DNA of 64,000 nt from the NCBI GenBank assembly GCA_051362555.1, contig CM120649.1, forward strand, positions 19,358,567-19,422,566, given 5' to 3'. Both the position numbers and the translations under genes were made by a program. This DNA is from Lingula anatina. Lineage: Eukaryota > Animalia > Brachiopoda. Under the pieces are notes generated by a model. That model did not search any database. It saw only the letters and a program-made list of their open reading frames with translations, and was not told the origin of the DNA. Below, piece by piece: positions 1-10,800 of this stretch (positions are counted from its first letter, which is position 1; each line of letters starts with the position of its first letter).

Positions 1-772
1 GACCCACTTGAGACAAAATGCATGAAAAATAATTTTTTTGCTACAATGGTTTATTAAAATTTTGTGCAAAATTGTTTACCCTGATGTCGGCATTTATTTA
101 CTATAAAACTAAGCTTTCGCGATTAGACAGTTACAAGCACTCAACACCACGCACCCTGGGCGGGTATTCGAGAAATACTGAATTTACATTTTGTTCGATA
201 ATAATTATAAAGCACCGGTAAGTCTTGACCTTGATCCTAACGCCAGTAACCTAAGACCGCGGGTAGGGATCTGGGGTAGGAAAAAACAGGCCGTGTCTGG
301 TAGTTGGGTAGGCCTGAAGAACCACCCATTGGACCCAAAAAATGGTCACTATGAATCAAAATGTAATCAAGGTTCTATGCCATTTCTAAGTTCTTGGGTC
401 AATAATGACAGTAAATAAAAAAAGGTCCACTTTTCCAGAGAAAAAATCTTTGAAATTGCTGCGAACGGGACTGTTCCATGAATGGTTCGTCTGAACTAGA
501 AGCTAATAACCTTTAACTGAATCTCTTTAACCTCTAATTCAAAGCGTCCATCATCCATCCTACTAATGTCACTTCTTGTTAATGAATCAGACATAATGCT
601 AAATCAAATTAATGGATAATTGTTAATGTTTAATCATCTATCGGCGATTCGTGTGGCTCAAATTACAGATAAATTTATCATTTTCAATGGGATTCATGGC
701 CTTGTCACCCCGGTCCTTTTCGAGGCTCACGTCACCATGGTGATCATCCAAACTGTGGTACCCCGTTGATTT

Positions 773-1196
773 CTACTGTGAAGACCCCATCATCAGCTTC
801 AAATCTTCCTTGGGATGTCGCACGTCGACGGCGGATATCTGGTACTTATCTACCAAGATATCCAGCACAGTGGGCGTGATGAAGGCCGGGAGGACAGGCC
901 CCAGGCGAATATTCTTCACGCCAAGATGGAGAAGAGAGAGGAGAACAGCGACCGCCTTCTGCTCGAACCAGGACAGGGCGATGGAGAGAGGGAGCGAGTT
1001 GATGTCGGTCTCGAAGGCCCCTGCCAGAGCGTTGGCGACCACCACGGCGCCGTAGCTATCGTTACACTGACCCATGTCCAACAGACGGGGCAGACCTGAA
1101 AGTGATGACCACAACATGTTGGAGTTTATTGGGGAGAAAGGTGTTTATTGTACACTAAGAACAGGTGTGTGTGTGTGTGTGTCAGAGAGAGAGAGA

Positions 1197-1232
<36 letters not shown>

Positions 1233-4200
1233 ACCTGTTGTCCCCAGCGTCCCCAGCTCCTTACGGTTAAAGCGGAATTTGGCACATCCCATGGTGAGGA
1301 CCACGGTCTCTGGCGGCAAGCTGTCCACCAGAGTGGCGAAGTAGTTCCGCTTGTGTTCGGCGCCGTCACAACCACCAACCACGAATATGCGTTTCAATTC
1401 GCCTGATTTCACTGCTTCAATAACCTATTTGAATAGAACAGCCGGTCGGTGACGGTTTAAACTGCATAAAACCAGCAAGAAATTCAACTTGCGAATATAT
1501 CAATCCAAATATGAGAAAACGTTCAACATTTGACAACGGGTACTTCGTACGACGGAAAAAACCAGCATTCCCATCGCAGAACAAACTCAAACAAAAGTGC
1601 CATTTTAAAAAATGGAGAGCCTGACCATCCCCTACCTTGTCTGCGTTGTCTAACAGGACATCTCTGCCAAATCCCACACTCAGGAACTGCTCTTCCGTCT
1701 TGTCGTCTGCCTCGGGAAACCCTTTCAGCTCATTGGCTAGTTTGATCACGCGGTCCATGTCACGTGTTACGTCGATGTGCTCAACACCTGGCCAACCACA
1801 GTCGTTCAAAGTAAAAAGGCGGTCCTTGTACGATTTCATTGGTTCAATCATACAGTTGGTTGTTATGACAACGGGACCAGGGAATGTCGGGAATTCAAAC
1901 TGCTGAAGCTGCCACGCCCCTCCAAAATGTCCAGCAAGGTGCTGAAATGGTACAAAAGATATTTCTGATTCTGATTCAGAAAAGTTAGAACCCTCACCAG
2001 GTCAGATACACGTACAAAAGCATTTAAGCAAATACCCAAATAGTTTGACAGTGAAGTTTCAATAAATGGAAATGTACAGTGGCGTCTCTGGTTGAGGATG
2101 GCGCCAGTCGTTCTCCTGTGAGCCTTGCACGCCAATTACCTTAAATTTCCTCAACCATGGGTAGGAGTGCGCGGGCAGCATCTCCCCGTGGGTGTAGACG
2201 TTGATCCCGGTACCCTCTGTCGCCTCCAGGATCTTCAACAAGTCGTGCATGTCGTGGCCCGACACCAGAATTGCCTAGAATTTCACTTCTCATGTTTATA
2301 TTTTCATGCAAAACGTTAATCTTAAAGGGAAAAATACAATTTCTCTTAATGGATGTTGCTTTTAACGCACCCCATTTTTATGGAGATAACAATTTTGCAT
2401 TACTTAAATAATATTTTTATTTTCTGAAGTTTTTTACTATTTTTATGCGTCTTATTCCTCGGCTATATCTTTCTTCAATGGTGTTATGTAATTTCTTCAA
2501 TATTCCCAGAAATGGGCATTTAATGTAACCAATCTGGTATCAAATGCCCAAAGCCTCACCTTGCCGGGTTTTGGTTTTGTCGACACCTGTGCTGGCGACG
2601 GTGCCCCAAACTGTTCACGGTGACCTATGTCTAACCTTTCCATAACCTTGACATTGGCCTCTCCGACCTTCAACGCCCAACCGAGCATGGCTGCCAGATC
2701 GTTTCTTTCCTCCACTGGGCCGTTCTCAAGAAAGTCAAACACCTAAAAATAAGAATCCTACAGCGGTCATATTTTGTAAGATTAAAAGTAACGCACTAAG
2801 CATTTTGACAAGTGGCAAAAACATTTTTCGTACATACAAGTACATGCTAGAATAATGTTACCTAGTCCCCTATATAGGCCTACTGCCTCGATTCACACAA
2901 CCCAAAAAGTCATTAATGACTTAAAGATAATAATCATCACTGAAAATGGAATGGAGCGTGAACGTAGATCACAATTTAATACTTGTATTCAAAGTTAAAC
3001 TCAACCAACAGAGGTGACTTAATACAGCTATTGAATATCTCCCTAAATATGATAAGTGCAGATCCATTTGGTTATAACATTTTTGAAACCCCTGAGCTTA
3101 CGCGATTGCTATTCTATCATTTTCTTTAATATCATTGAAATCCGCTGACCTCCATAACGAACGCTCCGATATCCTTCATGTCTTGCCCCAGCACGTGGGC
3201 GTGTCTGGCGTACGTGGACATCCCCTTTAACCCAAACACGATCATCTGTCGGACACCTGCAATGTCAGCTCCGTATATAGGGACGTCGTTGGTGAGGGTG
3301 AACTTTTTACCTAGAAATAAAAACAACCAGAATTGATAAAAAATCTACGAGAAAACTAAATGAAATTAACAAGCATATGCTGAGCATCCGCAATGCCGAA
3401 CTCCGGGCATATCATCTTCTAATCCATGGGAGTCCTTGTTGAAATCGCGGCATAGCTATGTTGGAACAATGAAAACCGCTGCTGCAAAATCGCATTAAGT
3501 GAGAGCGACGTACGGAAATGGTAGGAAAGCGATCTCCATGCGGTGTGCTCACTGGGGAACTTCCTTGCCTTTATGCGGGGTGGATAATTTCAAATACAAA
3601 AGTCAAAAACCATCTTTAACTAAGAGAAAAATGCAATTTGTAAGATAGGAGAAACGCGCACCTTCTTCGTCGAGCGTATCCTCGTCTGTGCTGCCATCTG
3701 GCGGGAACCAGGCGGCGGGACCGCTGCTGAACTCTTCCGGTGCCACGCCCTTCTTTTGACAGGCTTCCAAGTACTGTTGTTTCAGCTCCTCCCTCACTCC
3801 CACTGCCTCCAGGATGTAGGAGCGGAACCGCATGGGGTCAAAGTTCACGTTGGTTAAGGTGCTGTGGAAGAATGGAAATCACGAGTGAATGAATAAAACT
3901 ATGATAACTGATATTTAATGGCACTTCAGAAAAAAGTTACAATTTATTTCGCGACTGCAACAATTTTCGAATTTATTTTAAAAATACTGTTCTCAAAATC
4001 AGTATTTTTTACAACATGAAATGAACAAAAATATGCATATACGTCTACATGCGATCTTATAAGTTTCCAATATCGCATTCGATAAATATTCGAATTAATT
4101 ACCTGAACAACGTCCCAAACATGAAGTCGTATACCCTTTCATCGATGACCACGCCCATCTGGGCGGCTCTGTGCCCATATATGGAAACCCCCCTCATCAC

Positions 4201-4749
4201 GTGGATAAGTAAGTCCTGCATGTGCGCCACCTTGGGGACTTTTCCACACACACCTATGGCGGTACAGGCGGTTCTGTTCTTTGTTTGCTCACATTGGTTA
4301 CAATACATAGCTGAAGGAATCAGATATTTAAAATTTTATTAAACTTTCGGAACTTTTTTTCAATAGGCAATACTTAAAATTGTCATCTTAAAGCTGTAAT
4401 CCAGGAAAAGGGTATTTCTCTCGAAATGAGACAAAATAAATATGTGGATTAAGAACAAAATGGGTTGTAATTTTTTTTTTTCAATTTTTCAAAAGTTAAA
4501 ACTTTTAAGCGACAGTTTGGTCTATATTGGATTAGAAATAAAAGTACCAGGTTCATCAGGTTCCAAATTGGCAGTTTTTCCCGCCCTCTTTGCCGCGGTC
4601 CTCACTTGCCCCGTCGTCTGCTGTGGAATGTTAGCGAGCCTCTGTAGCTGTGACAACGCACCTGAGCGCGAGATGCACGTGCTACGTGAAGTGATGGTCT
4701 GCGACACCGACCAGAGCTGGCGAGCTTTCCGCAAGCTTGACGTAGCCAT
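773..4749 (-). CDS. hcp: Hybrid-cluster protein (prismane / hydroxylamine reductase / NO reductase), 9 coding exons: 4749-4548, 4310-4103, 3861-3662, 3310-3150, 2742-2560, 2274-2140, 1941-1636, 1424-1235, 1095-773; ~635 aa
   Basis: Exons join in frame at GT-AG junctions (total 1908 nt). Motifs: [23 protein letters not shown] (cubane Cys motif C-x2-C-x8-C-x5-C), [82 protein letters not shown]. Confidence 0.96.
1164..1230. repeat. (GT)n(GA)n microsatellite in last HCP intron
   Basis: Direct reading: gtgtgtgt...gagagaga. Confidence 0.9.
4548..4749 (-). other. Putative mitochondrial targeting presequence of HCP (first coding exon)
   Basis: [61 protein letters not shown]: rich in R/S/T/A/L, with no acidic residue for ~60 aa. 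It precedes the MYCNQC start of the HCP domain. Confidence 0.7.
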
Positions 4750-5517
4750 GTTTCTAAGTATGGGAATGCTTGGCTGAACGTCTAGATCAAGTGAACAGCT
4801 GCAGAGGAGAAAAAAAAATTGAGGATATATTTCAGTCTGTAAAAAAATTGAGATAAAAACTCCGAACACGCGCATTAAGTCTCACAGACGTGGGGTGTGT
4901 CCCCATGACAGGTATGATTAAGTGCTCATCCGGGTTGCACTCACACGTGTAGAGATAGTCCAACTGACCCACTTAATGCAGGCAACTGGGCGACACGTAG
5001 GCCTACGTGATATCCGACACGCACAGATAATGTGTTAGTGGTAAAAATCCTCAAAATGAGACGAAAATGGGTGTACAATTTCACTTGTGTAATATACAAA
5101 ATAATTTATGCTTGCAGCACAGTGGGCCATTACTCTCTGCATTGTGTGTCTCCATGACCCCCCCCCCCCCCACTCCGCCCCCTCTTTTCAGATCGACACA
5201 CTCGCAGTGGGCGGTCAACTGAGTCACCACTTAATACATAGGTACTAGGAGAAATGTTCTCAAATGTATTAGCCCTCGAGTGGCAGTACTGTTCTAAACC
5301 TTTATATTTTCTTTTTGACATTTCAGTTTTAAACATACATCAACACCATATATATGAGCACAGCTATTTTAACATAGCAATATATATTGACAGTGATATG
5401 ATCTGTCATTTTCCACACTCGAAAATTTAACCATACTGCAACAAAGCCCCCTCAAGCACCCCTGTGTGGTGCATATATACATAATAAGCACTTCTTTTAA
5501 AACCATTAATAGGCACC

Positions 5518-6285
5518 ACTTACCAACCTACTGATGCAGGGACTAGACAATTTTCACTACCACTCCGGCCAAAACACAGGCTGGGGAAACGCTATAGGCG
5601 GAAGTTTTCGACGGACGATATGACGTTGTTTTTACCTCTGCGCGAGCAACGTGTTGTTACCGAAGGTGACCTTGTCGGCAAATAACCACGGTGCTGTCCT
5701 CGCGTCTGTTATTCGTGTGTTTAAACTGTGGACTGATAGCGTTTGTCATGCCGCTAAAAAATTCGCATGATGAAAACATTGGCATTAACGCATCGTAGTC
5801 AAGATGGAATTTGAAAATGTTTGCACAAGGAAAAATGAAACTGTGATTGGTAATAATGGCTTGGGCACTTGTTATGTGAAAAATGAAATGAAATAAAATA
5901 AATTATTGTACTTTATACTAGAAGTATATATATATATATAGGGCCTATTATGTACCATCAAGCTGTTTCTTTCTTTCTTTCTTTTTTTTTCTTTCTTTCT
6001 TTCTTTCTTTCTTTCTTTTTTTTTTTTTTTTTTTTGTGAGGAATCATTTAATTGATGTCATTAATATTTTAGCAACACTGCCAAGGCTTTTATCTTAATT
6101 GCAGGACAAATAAGCAGGTTGAATATTTCAGTCCAACATAAATGGGTTGACACCAGCCGAGCGTGGCAAAGATTACCGTAACCCCACAACCTGTAAGGAG
6201 ATTAACCACGTTTATTTGGGTTTGAGGCTACTCTAAGGTGAAGGTCATTGTAAAGGGAAAGCATTGCGGAGATGTTAGGTAAGCA
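5518..6285. promoter_or_regulatory. Probable divergent promoter region for HCP and XPC, with non-coding first exons
   Basis: Minus-strand donor GTAAGT at ~5523-5518 pairs with an acceptor (tctcctctgcag) at ~4799 upstream of the HCP ATG. Plus-strand donor AG/GTAAGC at ~6279 pairs with an acceptor at ~7851 upstream of the XPC ATG. ETS-like GCGGAAGT at ~5598 and TGACGT at 5621; CpG-containing. Confidence 0.45.
5965..6035. repeat. (TTTC)n / poly-T tract
   Basis: Direct reading. Confidence 0.85.
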
Positions 6286-6445
6286 AAATTAGAATTTATG
6301 AAAGTTCTTCGTTGATCGAAGAAATCAAAGGCCTTTGCAAAAATCATAATTAAATTTTAGATGGCTTAAGGATGTCTGGTGTCTCTATATAATGTTCAGA
6401 GCACTTTAAAGCGTGGTGAAACGTAAATATATGTACCTAACTCTT

Positions 6446-6576
6446 TAGCACGAAAATTCATGCGTTAGCATACGTTAGCACTCCTGTTGACGATTCTGAT
6501 ATGTACTTTCTGTGCACAGAAAGTACATATCAGAATCGTCAACAGGAGTGCTAACTACGCATGGATTTTCGTGCTA
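6446..6576. mobile_element. 131-bp palindromic MITE with 9-bp target-site duplication (Mutator-like signature)
   Basis: Perfect 82-bp palindrome 6474-6555; termini tagcacgaaaa...ttttcgtgcta; CTAACTCTT at both 6437-6445 and 6577-6585. Confidence 0.8.
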
Positions 6577-6744
6577 CTAACTCTTGAGCAGCAACACGCA
6601 GTTTCATGCCTGCCACTGCTACTATGAGCATAAGTCTGTCCTGATATACATGTACATGTATATTAATATGTGCATATTAGTAATCATAAGTAGGATTGCT
6701 AATATAAGAAACTTTAGGGTTTTCGTAGACTGCATATGGGGTAA

Positions 6745-6784
<40 letters not shown>

Positions 6785-6855
6785 CATGTGTGTATGTCTC
6801 TCTCTCTCTCTGTGTGCGTGTGTGTGTATGTCCACGCTCGGCTGTCACCAGTTCC

Positions 6856-7323
6856 AACCTGATCCAGTTCCAACAGAATAATCGAAATAAAATACTGCCG
6901 GGCATCGGAGCGGCCTAAAACTTGGCATGCTTACCGCTAATACTGCAGGCCACATCATCCCGTCGCTCGTTTGTAAATTCCGTGCATGGCATACGCACAA
7001 TCAAACCGTAAAGCCAAATATCACCAAATATCACCCCTGATGTTTATCTTGGTCCTCTCAACAATCCAATTCAGGAAATGACGTAACCGCAGAGGTCGCA
7101 TTGTCCAATGGCATGGCTTCTTTTTCGTAATGGTAGGTTAGAGTGGACCAACTTAAACATCAGAGGTGGAATTTTGATTTACGGTTTGATTGTGCACGGA
7201 ATTTACAAACGAGCGACGGGATGATGTAGCCTGCAGTATTAGCGGTAAGCGTGCCAAGTTTTAGGCCGCTCCGATGCCCGGCAGTATTTTATTTCGATTA
7301 TTCTGTTGGAACTGGATCAGGTT
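6856..7323. mobile_element. Fold-back MITE with ~130-150-bp terminal inverted repeats
   Basis: aacctgatccagttccaacagaataatcgaaat...aaattccgtgca recurs as a near-perfect reverse complement at ~7193-7323; no coding capacity; TSD not resolved. Confidence 0.8.
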
Positions 7324-7562
7324 TGTTTCAGAAGCTCATTCTATTTTATTGTCTCTATGGAGGTATATGGGGACTTTACGACATTCGGTTTGAAGGCTTT
7401 AACCACTTGTTATAGTTTATTTTTGCGTTGTATTGGATTAATGTGGCAGTCTGAGGTTGTCCTAGGTGGTTTTCAAGTTTATGCACCGGGTTTTAATATC
7501 TTTTAGCGATTTTACGACAACCGTTTACTATCCAATCAAGGTGACAGCCGAGCATGTGTATG

Positions 7563-7595
<33 letters not shown>

Positions 7596-7598
7596 ATG

Positions 7599-7632
<34 letters not shown>

Positions 7633-7892
7633 ATAATGGAACAACCGTTGAAAGTGTGGCAAAGCTCCAAATTTACTGTTCTTCATTGCAAGAGAGCTAA
7701 GTGTAGATACAACTTTGGTTATTACCACAGTGCCGAGGTAGTACACCACCTAACAGCTCAAGTTTTAGCACCATGAATTAGAATAGAGGTTTGTCTGAAC
7801 CAAAATGATTGCACTTTTGTCTTACTGAATTTCTGTTATTATTATTTTCAGTGATGAGATTTTGAGAGTTTTGGATTTGAAATCTGTGAAAA

Positions 7893-10800
7893 ATGAAAAG
7901 AGGAAGAAAGCGACAAGAATTGGCTAATGGGCCACAGAGAGGTCACAATGAAAAGCAAACTACCAAAGCGGTCAACTCTCAGCCCGAAAGAGTCAAAAGA
8001 AGAAAAGTTGACAAGGTGACAGATGAAGGGGACAAAGTTCCTCAAGGAAATCCCAAAACCAAACAAAATAAAGGAGGGAGGAAAAGTAAATCTCAAAACC
8101 AAAAGCAACAAAGTGATAGCAATATGTCTGACAACAAACTAAATAAGGTGTGCACTACTACACTTGATACAGAGACATCAAAGTACTTCTTATCAGGCGA
8201 TGAGGCAGGTGCCCCTGAGTCTCCTACCTCTCCACCAGGGGGCAAGATAAACAAGACAACCCCACATAGGATGGACAGCCCTGATGTTGGCTTTGAACAA
8301 AGAAAGGAAAAATGGGCCAGCATTTCTACCATTGGGAAGGTCAGTGCAGCAGTCGAGAGATCAGAATCAACGGTCAAGGTGTTAAAGAGGACACGTTCTG
8401 ACTTGACCTCCCTTACTAGTCACGGCATCCCTAAGAAGACGAAATTGGTTTCTAGCAAATCAGACACCTCCACTTTGGTGGAAAAGTTAGCAAGAAAGCC
8501 AAGAGCAGGAAGAGTCAGTCGAGGTCCGTCAAGTACTTCTTCTTCCCAGCCTTATGCACCCATATGTGAATTACTCTCTGAAAAATTAAACCAGGAAGCA
8601 CAGTTGATAAAATCTGAGAGATCAAATGATGGTGGGTCGGATTTGACTACAGATGTATGCAATGATGTACCAAAGAAAACTAAATTAGTCTCAAGCAAAT
8701 CAGACTCTACCATTTTGAGAACAAAGAAGGTAGGGAAAAGTGGTGGAAAACCAGGGAAAGTAACAGTCAGTAGAGTTTTGGCAAGCAGTTCCACATCCCG
8801 GCCTTATCCACCCATATGTGAATTACTGTCTGAAAAATTGAATCAAGAAGCACGATTGATAAAAGCAGCTGCAAAAAGATCAGACAAAGCTGTTTCATCT
8901 GATGAATTGAAATCACAAATACTCAAAGATACAGGTATGCCAGTCGTCAAATTAAAGAAAATGTCTGAAAAACTAAAAGCCAAGAATCAAAAGAAGAAAT
9001 CACCTTCAGTTGAAGGCAAAGAAAGGATGAAAGTGGAGAGTAGTGAAAGTCATGTTAAGAGAAAGAAAACTGACAGTAATGATAAAATTAAAAGGTCAAA
9101 AGTAGAGGAAAGTGACTCATCAAAATTAAACAAGACTCGGTCTACAAATCTGAAAGAAGCACACAAAACCAACATTACATCAACCAAAAAGAAAAAGACT
9201 TCAGACAAGAAAATTCAAAAGATGTCTGCCGCAAAACAGAGTAAGAAACAGAAGGGTGAAGAAGAAGATAATAGTGATGGGTTTGAAGATGTAGATGACA
9301 ATGTCAGTGGTCATGATACAAACTATTCTGTGGATGTCACACCATTAGACTTACTATTGCAACACGAGACCGATGCCCCTGCTCTTAAAAGGGAGGACCC
9401 CATAGTAGAGGATAGTGACTCTGACTGGGAGGAAGTAGAGGGTGAGAGAAGGATGGAGGGGAAGTCAAGTGTCTCCTTTGAATAAGATGACACATCATTT
9501 TAGATTTAAATGACAATAATGATTTGCTTTTATATACTTTTTTTAATTGTAAAATTGCACATCTGAATTCATATATATACATGCATACATTTTTTTTGGC
9601 CCTGAAAGTGTCCCACTCATTTTGAGTTATGTATGACTACAAATGTGTGATTGAGAAATCTGCTAACAGTTGTGAAAATCATGTGCGCCATGGCACTTAT
9701 TTTCTTCCTTTCAGATGTGCCAGGAAGCAGCAAGAAGACAGAGAAGAGCCAGCTCCCATCAAAGCCCATACAGATCACTGTGGAGGCCCCAGACTTACTA
9801 GGGAAGAAAAAGTGAGAAGTTGTGTTGGAAGGAACGGATATTGCTTATTTGGGACAAAAAAAAAAAAAAAAAAAGAAAAGAAAAAAAAAGTGGCCAAAAT
9901 TTTATGATTAAATTAGAAAATGTGTAGAATTTGTCCAGGATGAATTTTTAAATGGGGCACAGGCAGGGTTGCTTTTGTGAGTGTATAGTATAAAAATAAG
10001 TATTTAGTTTTATATATCCCAGAAAGAATTTTTTTTTATTTCAGAAAGAAAGGGTTTGACATGGAGGGATACGTGAGGAGGATGTTGAACAGAAGGCAGA
10101 AGGAGATTAGGGAAAACATGCACAGGGTAAGACATAGGGAGTGGAAGAACATTGATATTTTTGTTTTTGCCTGCTGATGAATTTCGTTTTCAATTTGAAA
10201 TTCCTGAAGCTTGCTGGTAAAATTCAACTCTTCTATATTTGCTTTTTTTTTTAAAGTGAAAATTATACTCCAAATATGAAAAGATAATTTATTGAAAATA
10301 CTGTGTAAATTAGTCAGTCTATGCCATGTAAAAATATATTATTATTATTATTATTATTATTATCTCCCAGGTTCACCTCCTGTGTCTTCTGGCTAGTGGA
10401 CTCCAGAGAAGTCATCTGTGTAACAGCCCCCTCCTCCACTCCCAGGCCCTGTCCCTGATCCCCAGGGGATTCCTGACCACCAAGCCAGAGAGCTATGACA
10501 GCTCCTCCATACTGAAGTTAGTGGGGTGGTGCAGTGACAAGTTTCAGATTGTTCCAGGACTCGATGAAATTGACACGGGTTTGAAGGTGAGTGAGTGCCT
10601 TGTTACTCAGATGTGCTGAAACTGCCCTTCTTGCCAGTTAATGGGACATATTATAATTTGAAGAGCTGACATATTGAATCCACATTAGTTAGGCAAGCAA
10701 AAAAAAAAAACAATAATAATGAAAATAAATAATAATCAGTCTGATAGAAGATTTCATAATTAACCCCTTGTAATTGCTTGTAAGAGTTAAAGGTTAATGG

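Noticed and set aside
191-418. 75-aa ORF
   Set aside because: TTG start, no recognisable motif; lies antisense in or near the HCP 3' UTR.
773-4749. HCP as bacterial contamination or symbiont DNA
   Set aside because: Eight spliceosomal introns, a eukaryotic presequence, host-type microsatellites and contiguity with XPC.
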